Source: a virus. Taken from it: a stretch of 64,000 nucleotides of DNA. Positions 1 to 9,054 of the stretch are shown one piece after another; position 1 is the first letter of the stretch; every line of letters starts with the position of its first letter. The notes beneath the pieces are model-generated. The model ran no database searches and had not been told where the DNA came from. It saw nothing but the letters and a program-made list of their open reading frames with translations. The stretch spans positions 3,981-67,980 of IMG/VR virus record IMGVR_UViG_3300009314_000009. One strand, given 5' to 3'. The position numbers and the translations under genes are program-made.

Positions 1-394
1 TACTTTCAGGTATAGAATGTTGGGCTTGCTTAAACTGTCTGCGTACCATCAATCTATTTTGGTTTGCGTTCTGTCCATAAATTACAGCTTCAACAATCCA
101 CAAACCTACATATGTTTCATCTTTTCCAATGTATTTAACAACTTGTCTTTTTTCAAAACGTAACTGGGGTATCCGTTTAATATTTTTTACAGCTGTCCAA
201 CCGTCACCATCACTAAAAGCTAATTGAATCTGTATGCCTGAAATGGAAAGCACTTTAGCCTTTTCACCAATACGTGTGCACCAACGTTTCTGGTGTATTT
301 CATGTTTAGGAGGTTCATAAATAACCTCTTCACCTATTTCCAAAGGTTTTACAGGTTCAACTGACAAGCCTTCAACGCAATCTTTTCTTAACAT
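1..394 (-). CDS. Hypothetical protein, runs off the window start
   Basis: ATG at 394 with AGAGGGA RBS and an AACTTTTTATAATAA promoter at 422-436; frame MLRKDCVEGLSVEPVKPLEIGEEV... is open to base 1. Confidence 0.7.
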   Translation of the reverse strand, partial: MLRKDCVEGLSVEPVKPLEIGEEVIYEPPKHEIHQKRWCTRIGEKAKVLSISGIQIQLAFSDGDGWTAVKNIKRIPQLRFEKRQVVKYIGKDETYVGLWIVEAVIYGQNANQNRLMVRRQFKQAQHSIPES

Positions 395-442
395 GATTCC
401 CTCTTTACTTTGTGCCTAATCTTATTATAAAAAGTTTTACTA

Positions 443-709
443 TTAACCCGTGAAAGGGGTGTAATCATCAATAGTACTTGAGCTTTTATCATCGTCGTCA
501 AGGGGACATTCATCTGGGATAGGTATTACAAGATCATGGGGAAGAGGTGTAATTGAATCCTCATAACCCTGTACCTGATATGTTCTACCATTGTCAGGGT
601 GACCACAGCCAAACCGGCCCAAATAGTGAACATCAACAGGCTCCTGGAACAAAGGGCAATGGTTACAGCTGTCAATTATCATCTTTTTGTTTACACGTTT
701 AGTCATCAT
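443..709 (-). CDS. Small Cys-containing hypothetical protein
   Basis: ORF track; CNHCP...CGHP...IPDECPL pattern typical of small phage proteins. Confidence 0.65.
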   Translation of the reverse strand: MMTKRVNKKMIIDSCNHCPLFQEPVDVHYLGRFGCGHPDNGRTYQVQGYEDSITPLPHDLVIPIPDECPLDDDDKSSSTIDDYTPFTG

Positions 710-793
710 CCAGCTCCGAATTTATTTCAGTAAAAGAAAATTCACCATTAGGGTAAAAATGAAAAGCTTGCCAATATTTACGAATAGCCATTG

Positions 794-1456
794 TTACTCC
801 TTATCAAATAAAAGAGGGAAATGGGTATCAAGTTCCAACGAATCAATTGCACTTTTGAAACCATTTACATACTCTTGATTACTTGCTATTGCGCTTTTAA
901 TCTTTTCAAGTTCTCTTTCCAGACGCTCTTGTTCATATTGGTGTTCTTGTATAATAGTTTCATACGTTTTTAATACTTCTAAACACTTATGAGCATTGGC
1001 AGCTATAGCCTTATATTTCATCTTGGCAACAATTTCTGGCTCAATTTCCTTTTTTTCATCTTCAACAGGTATCCCGTTAACTGTTGTTTTTGTTCCAAAT
1101 AGCTCAGGCTTACAAGTACATATACCAGAACACGTTCTACAACCACCCATTGAAGTCAAATCCAGCTCAGGGTCCTTTGGAGCTTTTTCAATCAGTTCCA
1201 AATTCTCTAATAAAGGAAACCAATGCTTGAATGATTCAGTGTTATATTCAGCAAAACCGGTCCCATTATAATAGGGTCTCACCGTGGCTCTTTGTTTATT
1301 GTCATCTGAAATCCTGCGTAACTGTTCAGGGCTTGTGAGTACCGTTTCAATAAAAAATTTATCATTTTTATATGTTGTAGCTTCACCAACATACTTCACA
1401 AGGTCACCAGGACCAAATTCACTATGGCATTCTAACTGATTCATTATAGACCCCAT
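794..1456 (-). CDS. Hypothetical protein (SH3/KOW-like start, Cys cluster, coiled coil)
   Basis: ORF track; FGPGDLVKY, CRTCSGICTC, heptad-rich C-terminus. Confidence 0.65.
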   Translation of the reverse strand: MGSIMNQLECHSEFGPGDLVKYVGEATTYKNDKFFIETVLTSPEQLRRISDDNKQRATVRPYYNGTGFAEYNTESFKHWFPLLENLELIEKAPKDPELDLTSMGGCRTCSGICTCKPELFGTKTTVNGIPVEDEKKEIEPEIVAKMKYKAIAANAHKCLEVLKTYETIIQEHQYEQERLERELEKIKSAIASNQEYVNGFKSAIDSLELDTHFPLLFDKE

Positions 1457-1779
1457 TCAAACAGTTCCATAGCCAACCAATAGGCCCCGAATAAAAAGCA
1501 GAGCCCGATGAATAATGAAATAGCTATTATTGTAGCAGCAGCTGGGATGGTGCTTGGTTGACGCATTACTTTAAATTCTTCAGACCCTAAAAAGATCACA
1601 CCTTCCGGATCAAGGGGAAAATATCGGCCTTCAGCTCCATGTATTTTGACATGAGCGCCAGAATGACCTAACCCTATAACTTCACCAACAGCCCCTTCAC
1701 TGGCCCAAGACGGATTGTCAGAGGCAGCTCTGATAATTCTTATCGTATCCCCTTTTTTAACTTTCTTTGTTCCTATCAT
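1444..1779 (-). CDS. Hypothetical membrane-anchored protein (likely start 1779; the frame is open upstream to 2118)
   Basis: AGGAGG RBS and promoter cassette directly upstream of the ATG at 1779; hydrophobic C-terminal helix. Confidence 0.6.
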   Translation of the reverse strand: MIGTKKVKKGDTIRIIRAASDNPSWASEGAVGEVIGLGHSGAHVKIHGAEGRYFPLDPEGVIFLGSEEFKVMRQPSTIPAAATIIAISLFIGLCFLFGAYWLAMELFEWGL

Positions 1780-1875
1780 CTTGTCCTCCTTCGTTCCCTT
1801 ACTTTCAATATAGATTAAGTTGTACATGAAACCTAATACTTTTTTAAAAAAGTTACACTTTTTATAAAAAAACTT
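1776..1875 (-). promoter_or_regulatory. Class A promoter/RBS cassette, inverted copy of 61327-61426
   Basis: 100 bp with 3 mismatches to 61327-61426 by manual alignment; contains AAAGTGTAACTTTTTTAAAAAAGT, a TATATT box and AGGAGG. Confidence 0.85.
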
Positions 1876-2155
1876 GTTACTATCATCTCCCCAAGGAAAA
1901 CCCAGTTCACCCAGTTCATTTATTTGAATTGTTTCTGGCTCAACTTCTTTGTCCTCGTGAGTCCATTTATGGGTTATAAAGTCATATACTGAGCTACTAC
2001 ACATATGAGTGTGTTTTCCACCACCGTCTACATAGATTCTGATTCTACTGATTAACCCTGTGAGCATAGCAAACCGGCCGCAGAGGGGACATTTAGGAGG
2101 GCTTTTTTGCTTTTTCATAATTCCTGCTTTTTTATTCGTTCGGAAAGGTAATCAC

Positions 2156-2310
2156 TTGTAGCATGTTACCGGTCACCACTAACTTTTTTAAAAAAGTTAC
2201 AAGTACCAATCGGTCACCACTGTAGCATGTTATCGGTCACCACTAACTTTTTTAAACTTGTAGCATGTTATCGGTCACCACTAACTTTTTTAAAAAAGTC
2301 ACAAGTACCA
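2156..2310. repeat. Cluster of three ~36-bp direct repeats plus a partial copy (iteron-like)
   Basis: TGTAGCATGTTA(C/T)CGGTCACCACTAACTTTTTTAAA at ~2157, 2221 and 2259; perfect palindrome TAACTTTTTTAAAAAAGTTA at 2180-2199. Confidence 0.9.
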
Positions 2311-2355
2311 TCAAAACAAGTCATCCCGTCACAAGGTAACAGGGCTTCAGGGTTG

Positions 2356-2904
2356 TCAGTCATAGTAAACATTATCAGCAAAAGGGGGGCAATAGGGCTT
2401 ATACTTGCAACGGTATTTATCCAAAGGTTGTTCTATAGAGGCTTCAAGGGGCTCTTTTGCAACTTCCTGCGTTTTTTTCTGGCAAACATCATTTCCGGTA
2501 AATTTGTTAATTACTTTCACTATTTCGTTAGTTAAAGTTTCAATAAGGGTTTCTCTTTTAGCAGTATCTATCCCATAACATATATTATCACTGGAGACAA
2601 ACGGTTGTGGAGGGGGTGTAGGAAAACCCTTTATTGGGGGGTTTGGTTTTCTATCGGTTTCTGTTACAGCATCTAAGATTGCGCCAGTATAAGTTAATGT
2701 CGATTTATCAGGGCCTACACCTATTACTTCAGTTCTATTACCGTTTTCAATAGTTACAGTTACAAATTCATCTCCAAAGCCGTGTTCTTTTAGGAAAGCT
2801 TTATTGATATCAACAAGGAGTTCTTCTGTATCTACAGGAGTGTATATGATGATTTCTTTACCGGGGCCTGTTATAGTTGTTTTTTGGAAAAGATCTTTAT
2901 TCAT
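2356..2904 (-). CDS. Hypothetical protein
   Basis: ORF track, AAGGAG RBS. Confidence 0.65.
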   Translation of the reverse strand: MNKDLFQKTTITGPGKEIIIYTPVDTEELLVDINKAFLKEHGFGDEFVTVTIENGNRTEVIGVGPDKSTLTYTGAILDAVTETDRKPNPPIKGFPTPPPQPFVSSDNICYGIDTAKRETLIETLTNEIVKVINKFTGNDVCQKKTQEVAKEPLEASIEQPLDKYRCKYKPYCPPFADNVYYD

Positions 2905-2914
2905 GATTTACTCC

Positions 2915-3271
2915 TTATACAGGATGATGGGCAACAGGCTCTTTTTCAATGAAGCCAGGGTGTTCATGTTTACCAGTAATTCGCAATTTTATTACAAATC
3001 TTTCCGGGAAAGACACATATAATACACTTCTTGCAGCCCGGTACCCAACAGAAAGTCCTGTATCACCTACGGTTTGGATAGTAGTTTTACCAGTAGTAGC
3101 TTTGCCAATAAGTGTTAATACATCAAATTTCTTTTCTTCACCGCAAGTAGCTATTCTGAATATAGTGGGCTGGAGTATAGCATTGATTGTTTTTCGCAAC
3201 CATATTCTTTTGAGAAAAAAGAAATAAACAGCTAAAGTAAAGTTTTTCCATTGTTTTTTTATTTTATTCAT
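2915..3271 (-). CDS. Hypothetical protein
   Basis: ORF track 2915..3292; ATG at 3271 overlaps the end of the upstream gene. Confidence 0.55.
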   Translation of the reverse strand: MNKIKKQWKNFTLAVYFFFLKRIWLRKTINAILQPTIFRIATCGEEKKFDVLTLIGKATTGKTTIQTVGDTGLSVGYRAARSVLYVSFPERFVIKLRITGKHEHPGFIEKEPVAHHPV

Positions 3272-3707
3272 TGTATAACCTACGGGCTCCACAATATGTC
3301 TTGTTCCAATAATTATCCAATCGGCTACGGATCACTCCTTTAGTTGAAGAAGCATGAACAAACACATTATTCCCCATGTATATTCCCACGTGGGTTGGTC
3401 GTTTATTTTTACAGAAAAACACCAAGTCACCTTGCAACAATTTGTTTTTATTCACTCTTTCGCCCAATTTATTCAGTTCCTTAACAGAATAAGGGAGCAC
3501 TACACCGTTCATTTGCTCAAATACTTTAACAACCAAACCGCTACAATCAATGCCAGCCCGGGTAATTCCTCCATATTCATATGGTGTTCCTAACCAACTG
3601 TTTGTTATATATGCAAGTTTATTAGATTTTATCCCTACTATAAATAAAACCAATATACACGCAATAATCATGTAGATTCCCAAATATTTTAAATTATTCA
3701 GATTCAT
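3264..3707 (-). CDS. NlpC/P60 (C40) cell-wall peptidase with N-terminal signal/TM helix
   Basis: WLGTPYEYGG...GIDCSGLV...GDLVFF...HVGIYMGNNVFVHASS. Confidence 0.92.
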   Translation of the reverse strand: MNLNNLKYLGIYMIIACILVLFIVGIKSNKLAYITNSWLGTPYEYGGITRAGIDCSGLVVKVFEQMNGVVLPYSVKELNKLGERVNKNKLLQGDLVFFCKNKRPTHVGIYMGNNVFVHASSTKGVIRSRLDNYWNKTYCGARRLYNE

Positions 3708-4206
3708 TGTTTTCCTCTTGTTTTTGTAATAATTCTTTGATTTTTTTCTCATACAGTATCTGGTTCATACGCATGAGGTTTAACAGGATTTGATCAGAAC
3801 ATTCTTCCAATTCCCGGCCAATACCTTCTTTATTGCGATAAGCTTGTGAAGCTTCCAAAGCTTCATGTTGTATCCAGCGGTACATCTTATCAGCCGGTAT
3901 ATCTAACCAACCGCCTTTAGCCATGTTCTTAGGGTCTAAAAACCTGTCTTTCACAAAAGGTATAGCCTCAAAGATAAGATTCCAGAGCTCTTCAAAAGTC
4001 CTACGGGTGATTGTTTGATTTTCATCTATTTTAGTTGAAGTTCTCTCGTATCTGTGATGAACAGCCCCACAGGTACAAACTTTTATTGTAACATCAGGTT
4101 CTCTGTCATCAAATTTGCAAGTTCTTTCACAAAAAGCACAGGTAAAAAATAAATGATTTAAACCTGCGCTGACATTTACCCAATCTTTTGTTATTTTATC
4201 GCTCAT
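3694..4206 (-). CDS. Zn-ribbon fused to a possible MazG-like all-alpha NTP pyrophosphatase
   Basis: CAFC...CTCG; HEALEA...ELEECSDQI resembles the ExxE...ExxD motif. Confidence 0.45.
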   Translation of the reverse strand: MSDKITKDWVNVSAGLNHLFFTCAFCERTCKFDDREPDVTIKVCTCGAVHHRYERTSTKIDENQTITRRTFEELWNLIFEAIPFVKDRFLDPKNMAKGGWLDIPADKMYRWIQHEALEASQAYRNKEGIGRELEECSDQILLNLMRMNQILYEKKIKELLQKQEENNESE

Positions 4207-4460
4207 GATAAATCTCCACCATATAAATATACTTTTTGTTTGGGATGTAAGGATAAATCTGCTTTACCCAAAGGTACTTGTAACTCCAAATACTCAACAG
4301 TAGGATCAACTGTTGGTAATTTTTCAAAAATTTCAATTTCAACTTGTGGATTATCTGGAAAATCAGGGTGCCCGGTAAATTCACCACACACATAAAATCT
4401 TATTTGTTTAGCTTCGTCATCCTGAAATATCCAATAGTTCCAATTTTCCAAGGTAATCAT
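4203..4460 (-). CDS. Hypothetical protein
   Basis: ORF track; overlapping start/stop with neighbours. Confidence 0.6.
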   Translation of the reverse strand: MITLENWNYWIFQDDEAKQIRFYVCGEFTGHPDFPDNPQVEIEIFEKLPTVDPTVEYLELQVPLGKADLSLHPKQKVYLYGGDLS

Positions 4461-4939
4461 TTGGGACCTTCTTTGTATTTGATAATTTTCTCTTTAAGTC
4501 CCCACATACGCATAGACCCTAATCTAGCAACTTTTAGATGTTCCTCCGGTGTTAACTTTTCAGCTTTGTGGTTAGGTACTGGACTTTTCATAGTGCGCAC
4601 CTGCCCACTCTTACTCACGATTATCAAACCAGCTCTTTCCGGAATGTGTTCCAAGGCAAAATCAGCCAAATCGGAGGGCACTGCAAAGTAAAAGTTTTTT
4701 ATTCGGGGATCGTCATGTGAATGTTTCTTTTTACTTTCTGCTAAAAGGTCGCTTTTAGACACTTTTATTTCAATTTCTGTGACATAACCAGCGGAGGATA
4801 CAACCATTAAATCGCATTCATGTATACCCAATCCCCAACTGATATTAGGCACTATGGTATTAGTGCATATATCCATGTAACGGGCAACTCTTACTTCTAT
4901 TTCAAGTGTCGTTTTATAATCCATAAGAAACCATTGCAA
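4457..4939 (-). CDS. PD-(D/E)XK nuclease, MmcB-like
   Basis: ECDLMVV...EIEIKVSKSDLLAE...FYFAVP. Confidence 0.75.
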   Translation of the reverse strand: MQWFLMDYKTTLEIEVRVARYMDICTNTIVPNISWGLGIHECDLMVVSSAGYVTEIEIKVSKSDLLAESKKKHSHDDPRIKNFYFAVPSDLADFALEHIPERAGLIIVSKSGQVRTMKSPVPNHKAEKLTPEEHLKVARLGSMRMWGLKEKIIKYKEGPK

Positions 4940-5070
4940 GCAATGCCTTGTGTGACATCATACTCAAGGCATAGCGTATTATTTTCAGAATACACAAAAG
5001 GCTCAATATCATTAAGGGCTATTGTCACCAACATAATGAAGAATAGAGTGAATGCGATTGCATTTTTCAC
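4897..5070 (-). CDS. Small membrane/secreted protein (57 aa, not in ORF track)
   Basis: AAGGAG RBS, GTG start, MKNAIAFTLFFIMLVTIALND... Confidence 0.5.
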   Translation of the reverse strand: MKNAIAFTLFFIMLVTIALNDIEPFVYSENNTLCLEYDVTQGIACNGFLWIIKRHLK

Positions 5071-5432
5071 GCAAAATACTCCTTAAATTTGCTTGCAACT
5101 TTCGCTCCTAAACCATGTTTTTTCGAAGGAAGAAAACATTTTTGTTTGGCTATAAAGGGAAAACTTTTGAGATTAGATACATGCTTGCGTCCAGGTTTTA
5201 TGCAATGGTGATCGACTTTAAAAAGATCATCATTGGAAACAATTTCCTGTACAAAACCTCTGCAATTCAAGCAACTTCCCGTATCGTTTGTTGGTCTTGG
5301 TTTGCTTTTGAGTTTGATTACATTTTTCAGTTCATCATCAGAAGGTATGAAACTGTATAATATGGTGAAAATTACACATACTATTAATATAAATCCACCT
5401 ACATAGGGGGCTATTGCGTTAATCATGATCAA
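5067..5432 (-). CDS. Membrane protein with Cys motif
   Basis: N-terminal TM helix, CLNC. Confidence 0.6.
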   Translation of the reverse strand: MIMINAIAPYVGGFILIVCVIFTILYSFIPSDDELKNVIKLKSKPRPTNDTGSCLNCRGFVQEIVSNDDLFKVDHHCIKPGRKHVSNLKSFPFIAKQKCFLPSKKHGLGAKVASKFKEYFA

Positions 5433-5713
5433 CCTCTTTTATTTTTATGATTTTCAATTTCAATTGCACGTTCCACAGCTGGGATACATTCTGTTACATC
5501 ATTTACAGCTGAACCTTTTCCTCTGATTCCAGCACACAACAGCTTTTTAATCGCATGTTGTACTGGTGGATTAGTCACGTTAAATGCTTCTAAAACACTG
5601 TAAACATCCACATTATTTAATGTTTTGCCTTCAGTGTTTCTGATGGTTCTCAGGTATTTATTCCCTGATTTTAAACCTTTTTCAACTTTAGGGGTTTTTC
5701 TCGTTCTGCTCAT
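5429..5713 (-). CDS. Conserved phage protein, DUF3310-related
   Basis: VDVYSVLEAFNVTNPPVQHAIKKLLCAGIRGKG pattern. Confidence 0.6.
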   Translation of the reverse strand: MSRTRKTPKVEKGLKSGNKYLRTIRNTEGKTLNNVDVYSVLEAFNVTNPPVQHAIKKLLCAGIRGKGSAVNDVTECIPAVERAIEIENHKNKRG

Positions 5714-6594
5714 CTTTTTTCTCCTGTTAAAGGGTCCCGGCCCTCAGTTATTGCTGTTAATATTTCCATACCTTCTTGTGCTTTTTGCTTAGTTACATTC
5801 ACATTGTTATTCTGTGTCATGTTAATAGACAAGTTGGTATCATGCCACATACCAGCTATTCTACCAAGCAATTCAATAGCTTTTAGTTTATCGGGTAAAT
5901 GTATTTTATTCTGTTCAGCAAAGTCACAAATCACTTTACCGTCAATTTTATCAACAGGAAAAACTTTTATTTTTTTCTCTAATTTCTGGATAACACGTCT
6001 TTGTCTTTCAGGTATTAGATCCCAAGGCAACAAATCACCTTCACTATCATAAAAAGATGTTACATCAGTCAAAATCAAATCTGTCAAATATTCTATACAA
6101 ATAGGGAGTACTTCACTTTCAAAAATCTTGATTTGGAGCAAATTTAGCTGGCGAATGGCATTTCTGATTAATTTTGACCTTAACAAAATAGAAGCTTTTG
6201 TAAATGCTTCGCGGTCGGGAGTGTTTGAACCCCCATATACTTTTCTCCAAGAGGCTGTTTTATTGCGCGTACTGTGGAATTCATGAACAAAAGCTCTGTG
6301 ATTGGGGTCAACCAATTGATCAACCAATAAACTATCGGCTCCTTCAGGAATATCTATTGGTTCCAAATCATCAGTAGTCACCGGATTATCAATAATTTCA
6401 AAATCCGGGCTGTCCATATCTTGATTTTGAGCTTTCTGCAATTCCCAATCAATTTTTTTGCCCGGGGGGTTCTTTTCCCACATCCATAATGTTTTTTTCG
6501 ACACACCGTACTTCTTTGCAATCTCTTTTTTAGGCAATAAACCCAATTTAATCTCAGCCAGAGCTTTGAGAATATGTTCTTTTGAATGAGCCAT
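5710..6594 (-). CDS. terS: Terminase small subunit with N-terminal HTH
   Basis: EIAKKYGVSKKTLWMW helix-turn-helix; DVTSFYDSEGDLLPWDLIP and LPDKLKAIELLGRIAGMW typical of TerS; start moved to MAHSKEH. Confidence 0.75.
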   Translation of the reverse strand: MAHSKEHILKALAEIKLGLLPKKEIAKKYGVSKKTLWMWEKNPPGKKIDWELQKAQNQDMDSPDFEIIDNPVTTDDLEPIDIPEGADSLLVDQLVDPNHRAFVHEFHSTRNKTASWRKVYGGSNTPDREAFTKASILLRSKLIRNAIRQLNLLQIKIFESEVLPICIEYLTDLILTDVTSFYDSEGDLLPWDLIPERQRRVIQKLEKKIKVFPVDKIDGKVICDFAEQNKIHLPDKLKAIELLGRIAGMWHDTNLSINMTQNNNVNVTKQKAQEGMEILTAITEGRDPLTGEKR

Positions 6595-6622
6595 ATACAA
6601 CAATAATTTAAAGGTTACTTTT

Positions 6623-6638
6623 AATATATAATTTTTTA
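6623..6638 (-). promoter_or_regulatory. Candidate late promoter TAAAAAATTATATATT
   Basis: Identical 16-mer upstream of terS and at 38902-38917 upstream of a virion-module gene. Confidence 0.45.
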
Positions 6639-6730
6639 GAAAAAGGTAACGTTTTAAGATTAAAAAGGTAATGTTACACACAAAAAAGTTACTAAAAGTA
6701 ACCCAATTATTGTTGACGATTATAGTTGTA

Positions 6731-6919
6731 TTAATTGCCACGTTTTTTGTTCCGCTTTTCATCACTCTCTTTAATTTTGTCTGAGGCCTCTCGGCAATCT
6801 TTGAAGAATCTAAGATGTTTATTAATCTTACGGGAGCCTTCTGACCGATCTTTAAAAGGTTTTTGTTTACTGTTCATTCTCTGAGTAGCTTTTTGAATTT
6901 TATCAATATTTTTTTTCAT
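6731..6919 (-). CDS. Small basic hypothetical protein
   Basis: ORF track, AAGGAG RBS. Confidence 0.6.
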   Translation of the reverse strand: MKKNIDKIQKATQRMNSKQKPFKDRSEGSRKINKHLRFFKDCREASDKIKESDEKRNKKRGN

Positions 6920-6949
6920 AATTTACTCCTTTTTACATCTTAAGAGATA

Positions 6950-7031
6950 CTCAGCCCCATGTCGGTATGGGATAAGGGGGACAGGGGACCGACTACCATT
7001 TTGCCACACACAAACAAAACGGGGGGCTGAG
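6950..7031 (-). ncRNA. Candidate small structured RNA (three-way junction)
   Basis: CTCAGCCCC/GGGGCTGAG closing stem, inner GTCGGT/ACCGAC stem and a second hairpin; GC-rich in an AT-rich context. Confidence 0.45.
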
Positions 7032-7349
7032 TTATTTTTTTACCACTGCTATATCTACATAATAACCTTTACACTGGTCCAATCTTACCACTTCGTGATA
7101 ATTAGCAATTTGAGTTTCATAGGTGTCTGTTCCTTCTATTCGGTACATAATCCAATATTTTTCTTCAGCTTTTTTCTCAAACCATTTACAAAATTTAGCT
7201 GCTTGAGAACAATCACATTTCTTGCGATCTCCACCGGAATGAGGACAATTACACCACTCTTTGGCTACTTCTTCTGGATTCCTTCCTGAAAGTCCTGCAA
7301 TTTGTTTAAATATTTCTATCTGGAGTGAATTTTTAGTTACCTTGATCAT
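7032..7349 (-). CDS. Hypothetical protein with Cys cluster
   Basis: ORF track. Confidence 0.6.
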   Translation of the reverse strand: MIKVTKNSLQIEIFKQIAGLSGRNPEEVAKEWCNCPHSGGDRKKCDCSQAAKFCKWFEKKAEEKYWIMYRIEGTDTYETQIANYHEVVRLDQCKGYYVDIAVVKK

Positions 7350-7545
7350 AATTCCCTCTTTTATTTGTTATATATTCTCTGGCTGCTTCTTCTGTATCAA
7401 AACCAATAAAATTATTAGAACCATATAAAGTATTATTTATTTTTTTCTTAATTTCCTTTTTTGAAAGTTGTCCTACAAAGCTATAACTAATTGTAGCAAA
7501 CTGTGGGTTACTTCTTTCTTTTACGTAAAATTTTGCTCTTGTCAT
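7333..7545 (-). CDS. Small hypothetical protein
   Basis: AGGAGG RBS, class A promoter upstream. Confidence 0.65.
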   Translation of the reverse strand: MTRAKFYVKERSNPQFATISYSFVGQLSKKEIKKKINNTLYGSNNFIGFDTEEAAREYITNKRGNYDQGN

Positions 7546-7626
7546 CCTGTCCTCCTGTCCCTTACTTATAATATAACTAATTAAAATGTTAAAAGGAGAT
7601 ATTTTTTAAAAAAGTTACACTTTTTT
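7546..7626 (-). promoter_or_regulatory. Class A promoter variant
   Basis: AAAAAGTGTAACTTTTTTAAAAAA...TATATTATAAGTAAGGGACAGGAGG. Confidence 0.7.
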
Positions 7627-7635
7627 GAATTTTTA

Positions 7636-9054
7636 TTAATCTTCAAAACGACCTATCTCAGTTTCATTTAAAAATTTACTGTCAATATACCAAAGTCCTA
7701 AACCTAAAGCATGTAAAACCACTGCTTCACTTGTGTTTTCAGTTCCGTCATCTCTTTCAATGCCTTCAAATAATTTAACCCGGGAATAGCAAGCAGCTTT
7801 CTCTTTCTCTCCCATAGACAGCATTATCATTTTACCAACGTTAGGGATCTTTTTATAAGAGCCCCCAAGCCCTCCTATGCCAAATTTTTTACCATTATAC
7901 GCGTCACGATTCCCTTGCGTAGGTGCGAACACACAAACATCAAGTTCTTGTGCCCAACCAGCTAAATCTACCCATGTTTGTTCCTCATCTTTATTTTCAT
8001 TACTGTAGCCCCCAGCAGAACGGTGTTTCATTACATCGGGGTTGTCTACTATTATAACATCAGGAACAAAATTCAATTCTTTTTCCAACTGTTGAGTTTT
8101 AGTTTTAAGCATTGAAACTGTAGCTGTTCCCCGGGGGAATGTTACTGTTTTGATTCGGCCCCTATTCTGTAAACGAAGGGCATGAGCTCTTTTCTTTATT
8201 CTTTCAGAGTCCGTTATCATCTGTTCATCTTTGATTTCTATTTCATCATAGTAAATGCTTCCGTCATCTTCAAAATGGGGCAGCTTATAGGTACCTGGTT
8301 CTTTCGGCATAGTGTTTATACTTTGCCAGGTTCTCCGTGTAAATTGCCTTTTAGCTATTTCTAAATTAAAATAGAGAATGTTTAAACCTAAACTCAAACA
8401 AAAAGCCTGTACGAATATAGCAAACCAACTTTTACCTGCTTTACTTCCAGCAACCAATCCTACAAGATCACCCCGGAGCCACCAACCCAAAATGTATCCA
8501 AGGACCCCGGGAAGTTTAAACAATCTTTCTTCTTCAAAATTAAATGAATCACTAGTTTCTTCATGATTAATAAAAGGGTCATAAACATCACATTCGGTTT
8601 TTTCTACCCTTTTGAACTTAGTTAAAATTTCCTCAGCATATTTCAAATCTTTATTCTTAACAGCTTTTTTCATTTCTTCATTCATTTCGGAAAAAGCACG
8701 CCAATTAAAATAATTAATTATGTTTTCTGAATTATGTTGAGTATTATTTACTTTAAAGTTTTCAGAATCCTCATCAATGTTTTCTAACAAAGTCTGTATA
8801 TTTTTAGCTTCATCTTCATCAATTTCATCTTTATACTTTACAAATATACTTGTTATGTCTTTACCTGGAGCTTTGCCCGTAGTATCATAGTATTCTATTA
8901 TCCATTTGAAAAGGTATTCAGCATATTTGTTACTTGCCAACTCCGGTTTTAATATGGAACGGCAATTGGATAAAAGATTATCATTAACAATTAATTGATA
9001 AATGAATAATCTTTCTTCATCAAATTGAGAACCATCATCACGTTCTGTTATCAA
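7636..9054 (-). CDS. Replicative DnaB/gp41-like helicase
   Basis: Walker A AGSKAGKS, YFNLE, PDVIIVD, APTQGNR. Confidence 0.85.
   Translation of the reverse strand: MITERDDGSQFDEERLFIYQLIVNDNLLSNCRSILKPELASNKYAEYLFKWIIEYYDTTGKAPGKDITSIFVKYKDEIDEDEAKNIQTLLENIDEDSENFKVNNTQHNSENIINYFNWRAFSEMNEEMKKAVKNKDLKYAEEILTKFKRVEKTECDVYDPFINHEETSDSFNFEEERLFKLPGVLGYILGWWLRGDLVGLVAGSKAGKSWFAIFVQAFCLSLGLNILYFNLEIAKRQFTRRTWQSINTMPKEPGTYKLPHFEDDGSIYYDEIEIKDEQMITDSERIKKRAHALRLQNRGRIKTVTFPRGTATVSMLKTKTQQLEKELNFVPDVIIVDNPDVMKHRSAGGYSNENKDEEQTWVDLAGWAQELDVCVFAPTQGNRDAYNGKKFGIGGLGGSYKKIPNVGKMIMLSMGEKEKAACYSRVKLFEGIERDDGTENTSEAVVLHALGLGLWYIDSKFLNETEIGRFED

Noticed and set aside
2156-2310. CRISPR array
   Set aside because: Repeats are adjacent or separated by repeat-derived sequence, with no unique equal-length spacers and no cas genes
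6595-6765. N-terminal extension of TerS in the ORF track
   Set aside because: Covers an AT-rich promoter/operator region and overlaps the upstream gene; the HTH begins after Met at 6594
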